A stretch of 64,000 nucleotides of DNA from Hemiscyllium ocellatum (Eukaryota): positions 106,754,748-106,818,747 of the forward strand of contig NC_083407.1 of NCBI RefSeq assembly GCF_020745735.1. Reading direction: 5' to 3'. The notes beneath the pieces were generated by a model. That model ran no database searches and had not been told where the DNA came from. It was given only the letters and a program-made list of their open reading frames with translations. The translations under genes were made by a program, and so were the position numbers. Of this stretch, positions 60,996-64,000 are shown piece by piece; position 1 is the stretch's first letter; each line of letters opens with the position of its first letter.

Positions 60996-63900
60996 CTATG
61001 ACCAGTCCTCAAACATCTGATCTTCTCCCACTGATACTTGATTTATTTGGCCTACTCTATATAGTTGGGGAATATATGTACAATCCTGCATCAAGCTACT
61101 TCTGGCTGCTCTACTTAAACAAATACATAATGCAGTACCTGAAGTTAAAAACCGACAAAACCTTATATTTGGTTTCCATTCAATTTGATAGGTGCATCAA
61201 GAGGAGAGAGTGAGTCCTTTGCAGAGATGAATGACAGTGCCAGGTAAGTGTGACAGCTCTATAAGACCAGTGGCAAATTGCAAGGGGTAGGGATCTATTG
61301 GGTATGGAAGCTGGTTGACTGGACAGCATCCAGAGTATCTGGCTGGATAGCTGAGGGGAATTGAAAACAATATCGAGTAATTATTATCAAAATTCCATCC
61401 GTGTCAAGGAACTAACTGTCCAAAGGTTTTGTTTGGAGGGATGAGTTCACATCTTGCAAAATATCAAAGCGTCTTCTCTTGGGAAGAGAATAGTTTGAGC
61501 AAAATGAATAAAGTTTTGCAGCGATTGAAATATTTTCATCCGTGAATAATCCGTGAAAGGACTGGGTGATGTGTCAGTCATCAGCTTGGGATCCTTTGAT
61601 CTCCTCTGCTGGACGTAAGAATCTTATTGAAATTAGGCTGAATGCTAATAGGTCTGGGTTCATAATTATGCCACTCCTAAGCTTGATAGATATTTTGATG
61701 CCATGTGTTGTGAGAAATGGAACAATATCAGCAATGTGGTATCTACTGAGGAAATGCACTTTGAAGCTTTCTGTTTTGTACACATCAAGTCAATTTGCAA
61801 AGCGATACTAAAGCAAATGGGAAAAGTATTTGAACTGTATGAGATAAGAATGCTAAATAAAAACGGAAAGAACTGCGGATGCTGTAAATCAGAAACAAAA
61901 ACAGATGTTGCTGGAAAAGCTGAGCAGGTCTGACACCATCTTTGAAGAGAAGTCAAAGTTGACGCTTTGGTTCTGGTGACCCTTCCTCAGAACTGGGATA
62001 AGAGTCACTGATTGGTTAGCGAGCGGACTCTGGTCGAGGCATCGCATTGGAGAATACACCAGTTAATGATGACTGGCAGAAGACTGCCAGCCTATGCTTA
62101 AATTTTAAACCAGACAACATACTTGATCAAGACATGGCCTTGAGAAATGAACCAGAGAAGAGCAGCCACCTTTACAGTTGAGTTGAAATGGGCACTGTGT
62201 GACAATGTTCTTTATCTGCACATGTATATTAATATATATGCAGTTTCTAGCACACATAGCTGACTGTGAAATCAGTATAATTCTTTGGGGACATTTGCTA
62301 ACCTGTCCTATTATGGAATCGCAGCCGATGTGGGATACTGTTGAGTCTTGTGAACATGGGCTAGTTGGATATGGTCTGTATATTGTTGAGAATAAAGGGC
62401 CATGCTGTTTGAAATGATCCATCAATTTTTGGGATGTACGGCACCATACTAGCACTGAACTTCATAGACAATATTTCTCAGTTTTATGATGGGCATCTTT
62501 TTAACTGGACAATAACATCCTTTCCATGGTGAACACCACTCATGTTACTTCCACACAGTAGCAGTGTGAAACAGCTACGTTCATGACTGATTTGGTACCT
62601 TGATCGTACAGTGCAATCTGGGGTAGACATGACTCTTTACAGGATGAAAAGTGACAGTCCTTGGCCTGTTCATGAGTTTATTCAAAAAGCTGAAAAATGG
62701 GTCTGATCAAGGTAGGCATTATTCCGTAGGCTGGTTTTGATGAAGCCTAATTTCAACATTAAGGTTGCACAGTGAACAAATGTCTCCGGCCCGATTTATG
62801 AAGTTTTCAATAGGCCAGCATTATATTGCATGGAACTTTAGGAATCCCAACACATATACTGAATGGAGAGTAGACAATGATAGAGAGCCTTGGGCCGATT
62901 TTCCCCTTGCATGTATCTGATGACACTCTTCTTATGTTTGGATCTATAGTTGCACGTGCAAAATTATTTGTCTTAGTAGGCTCCATCCTGTTGACCTTTT
63001 AAAATTAAAACTGCAATCTTATCAATGGGGCTAGGCCATTTATTCACTGCTGATGAAATAAGGCACGTCAAAACCATCCTGCTGGAACATTGCTGCCAAG
63101 ATGCGATAATTTCTTGCCTTCTGTTGCATACTTTAAAATAGACTCCGTAGCAGCAGGAGCAATGATTTCCCTTTTGTATATGCTACACTGCACATATTAA
63201 ATCCTTCAAAGGGAACACTGCATGGAATGGTTTTAACACATTGCACACCCAATAACAGCATCAGGACAGCTACAGCATGAATAACTCCAGGAATATCTGG
63301 AGTTTCTTGATGACATAGTTGATCTTGAGTCATATCCTCCATGCCTCGTTCCTGATTGTAGAAGCTCGTTCCCATCACAGCTAGAAAGTGAGAGGGGCTA
63401 GGAGGGGGTCTGAGTGCCTTCACTATGGGATACGTCAGACTAATGTTTGAATTCAAAGTGAAAATTGAGGAACTGAAAGAGAATACCTGACACCAAGTAG
63501 AAACAGTGCCCAGCCCATCAGGTGTCTTTGGAGAGAAAGGCAGTGACTAGACAGTAGAGACAGAGGCTGAGACATGTAAGCAATTCCAACTTCTGTTCAA
63601 TAAAGTGGGAAGAAACTTCCCATTGCATCATTTAAAATTTCAGAGAGTCTGACAGAACAGTTCTAGGTCTTAAAAGGCTCCTTTCCCTTTATCACCTTCT
63701 GATGTATCATTGGCAAGGCTGGAATTTCTTGCCCATCCTAATTATGGTGAGGAGATGCGACAACTGCATTGCTTACCAGCCATTTTGGAGGGTTGGGGGG
63801 TGGGTCGTTTCATTGTGGGATTGTATCCAGAAAACACTGGAGAAACTCAGCAGGTCTGTCAGCATCTGCGGAGAGAGAAAAACATTTTGACCTTTTTAGC

Positions 63901-64000
63901 CCCAAAACTTTCTTTGGATTTCAGACTCGCCAAAGAGTCTTTGGATTCAAAAAAAATTGTCAACTGATTTTTTTTTTCCCTCTCCAAAGTTGCTGACACA

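Noticed and set aside
63133-63456. Minus-strand 107-aa ORF with a hydrophobic stretch as a GPCR remnant
   Set aside because: No recognisable class A GPCR motifs or splice context

Overview
Eukaryotic (vertebrate) genomic DNA, not prokaryotic. The repeat content (HE1-type V-SINEs, abundant CR1 LINEs, DeuSINE relics, Penelope-like elements) points to a cartilaginous fish, probably a shark. There are two protein-coding genes, arranged head-to-head around a CpG-island promoter at about 27.4-28.4 kb. NDUFS1 is on the - strand: a putative non-coding exon 1 plus coding exons 2-10, and it continues beyond position 1. EEF1B2 is complete on the + strand: 7 coding exons, 678 nt, 225 aa, hosting an intronic SNORD51. 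A third CpG-island promoter with a strong splice donor at about 45.2 kb starts an unidentified + strand transcript. Most ORF-track entries are CR1/SINE fragments or noise. The most unusual structure is a single 1.82-kb insertion in NDUFS1 intron 7 made of 5S rRNA + tRNA-Leu + spacer + the 3' part of a CR1 LINE, which splits an older DeuSINE in two. Other notable items: Penelope-derived minimal hammerhead ribozymes on the NDUFS1 sense strand, TSD-flanked hairpin insertions, three micro-inversions in CR1 copies, inverted CR1s flanking an in-frame NDUFS1 exon, an apparently extra EEF1B2 intron, and a frameshifting tandem splice donor. Comparisons to human genes and repeat consensi are from memory and need database confirmation. 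Repeat boundaries are approximate.
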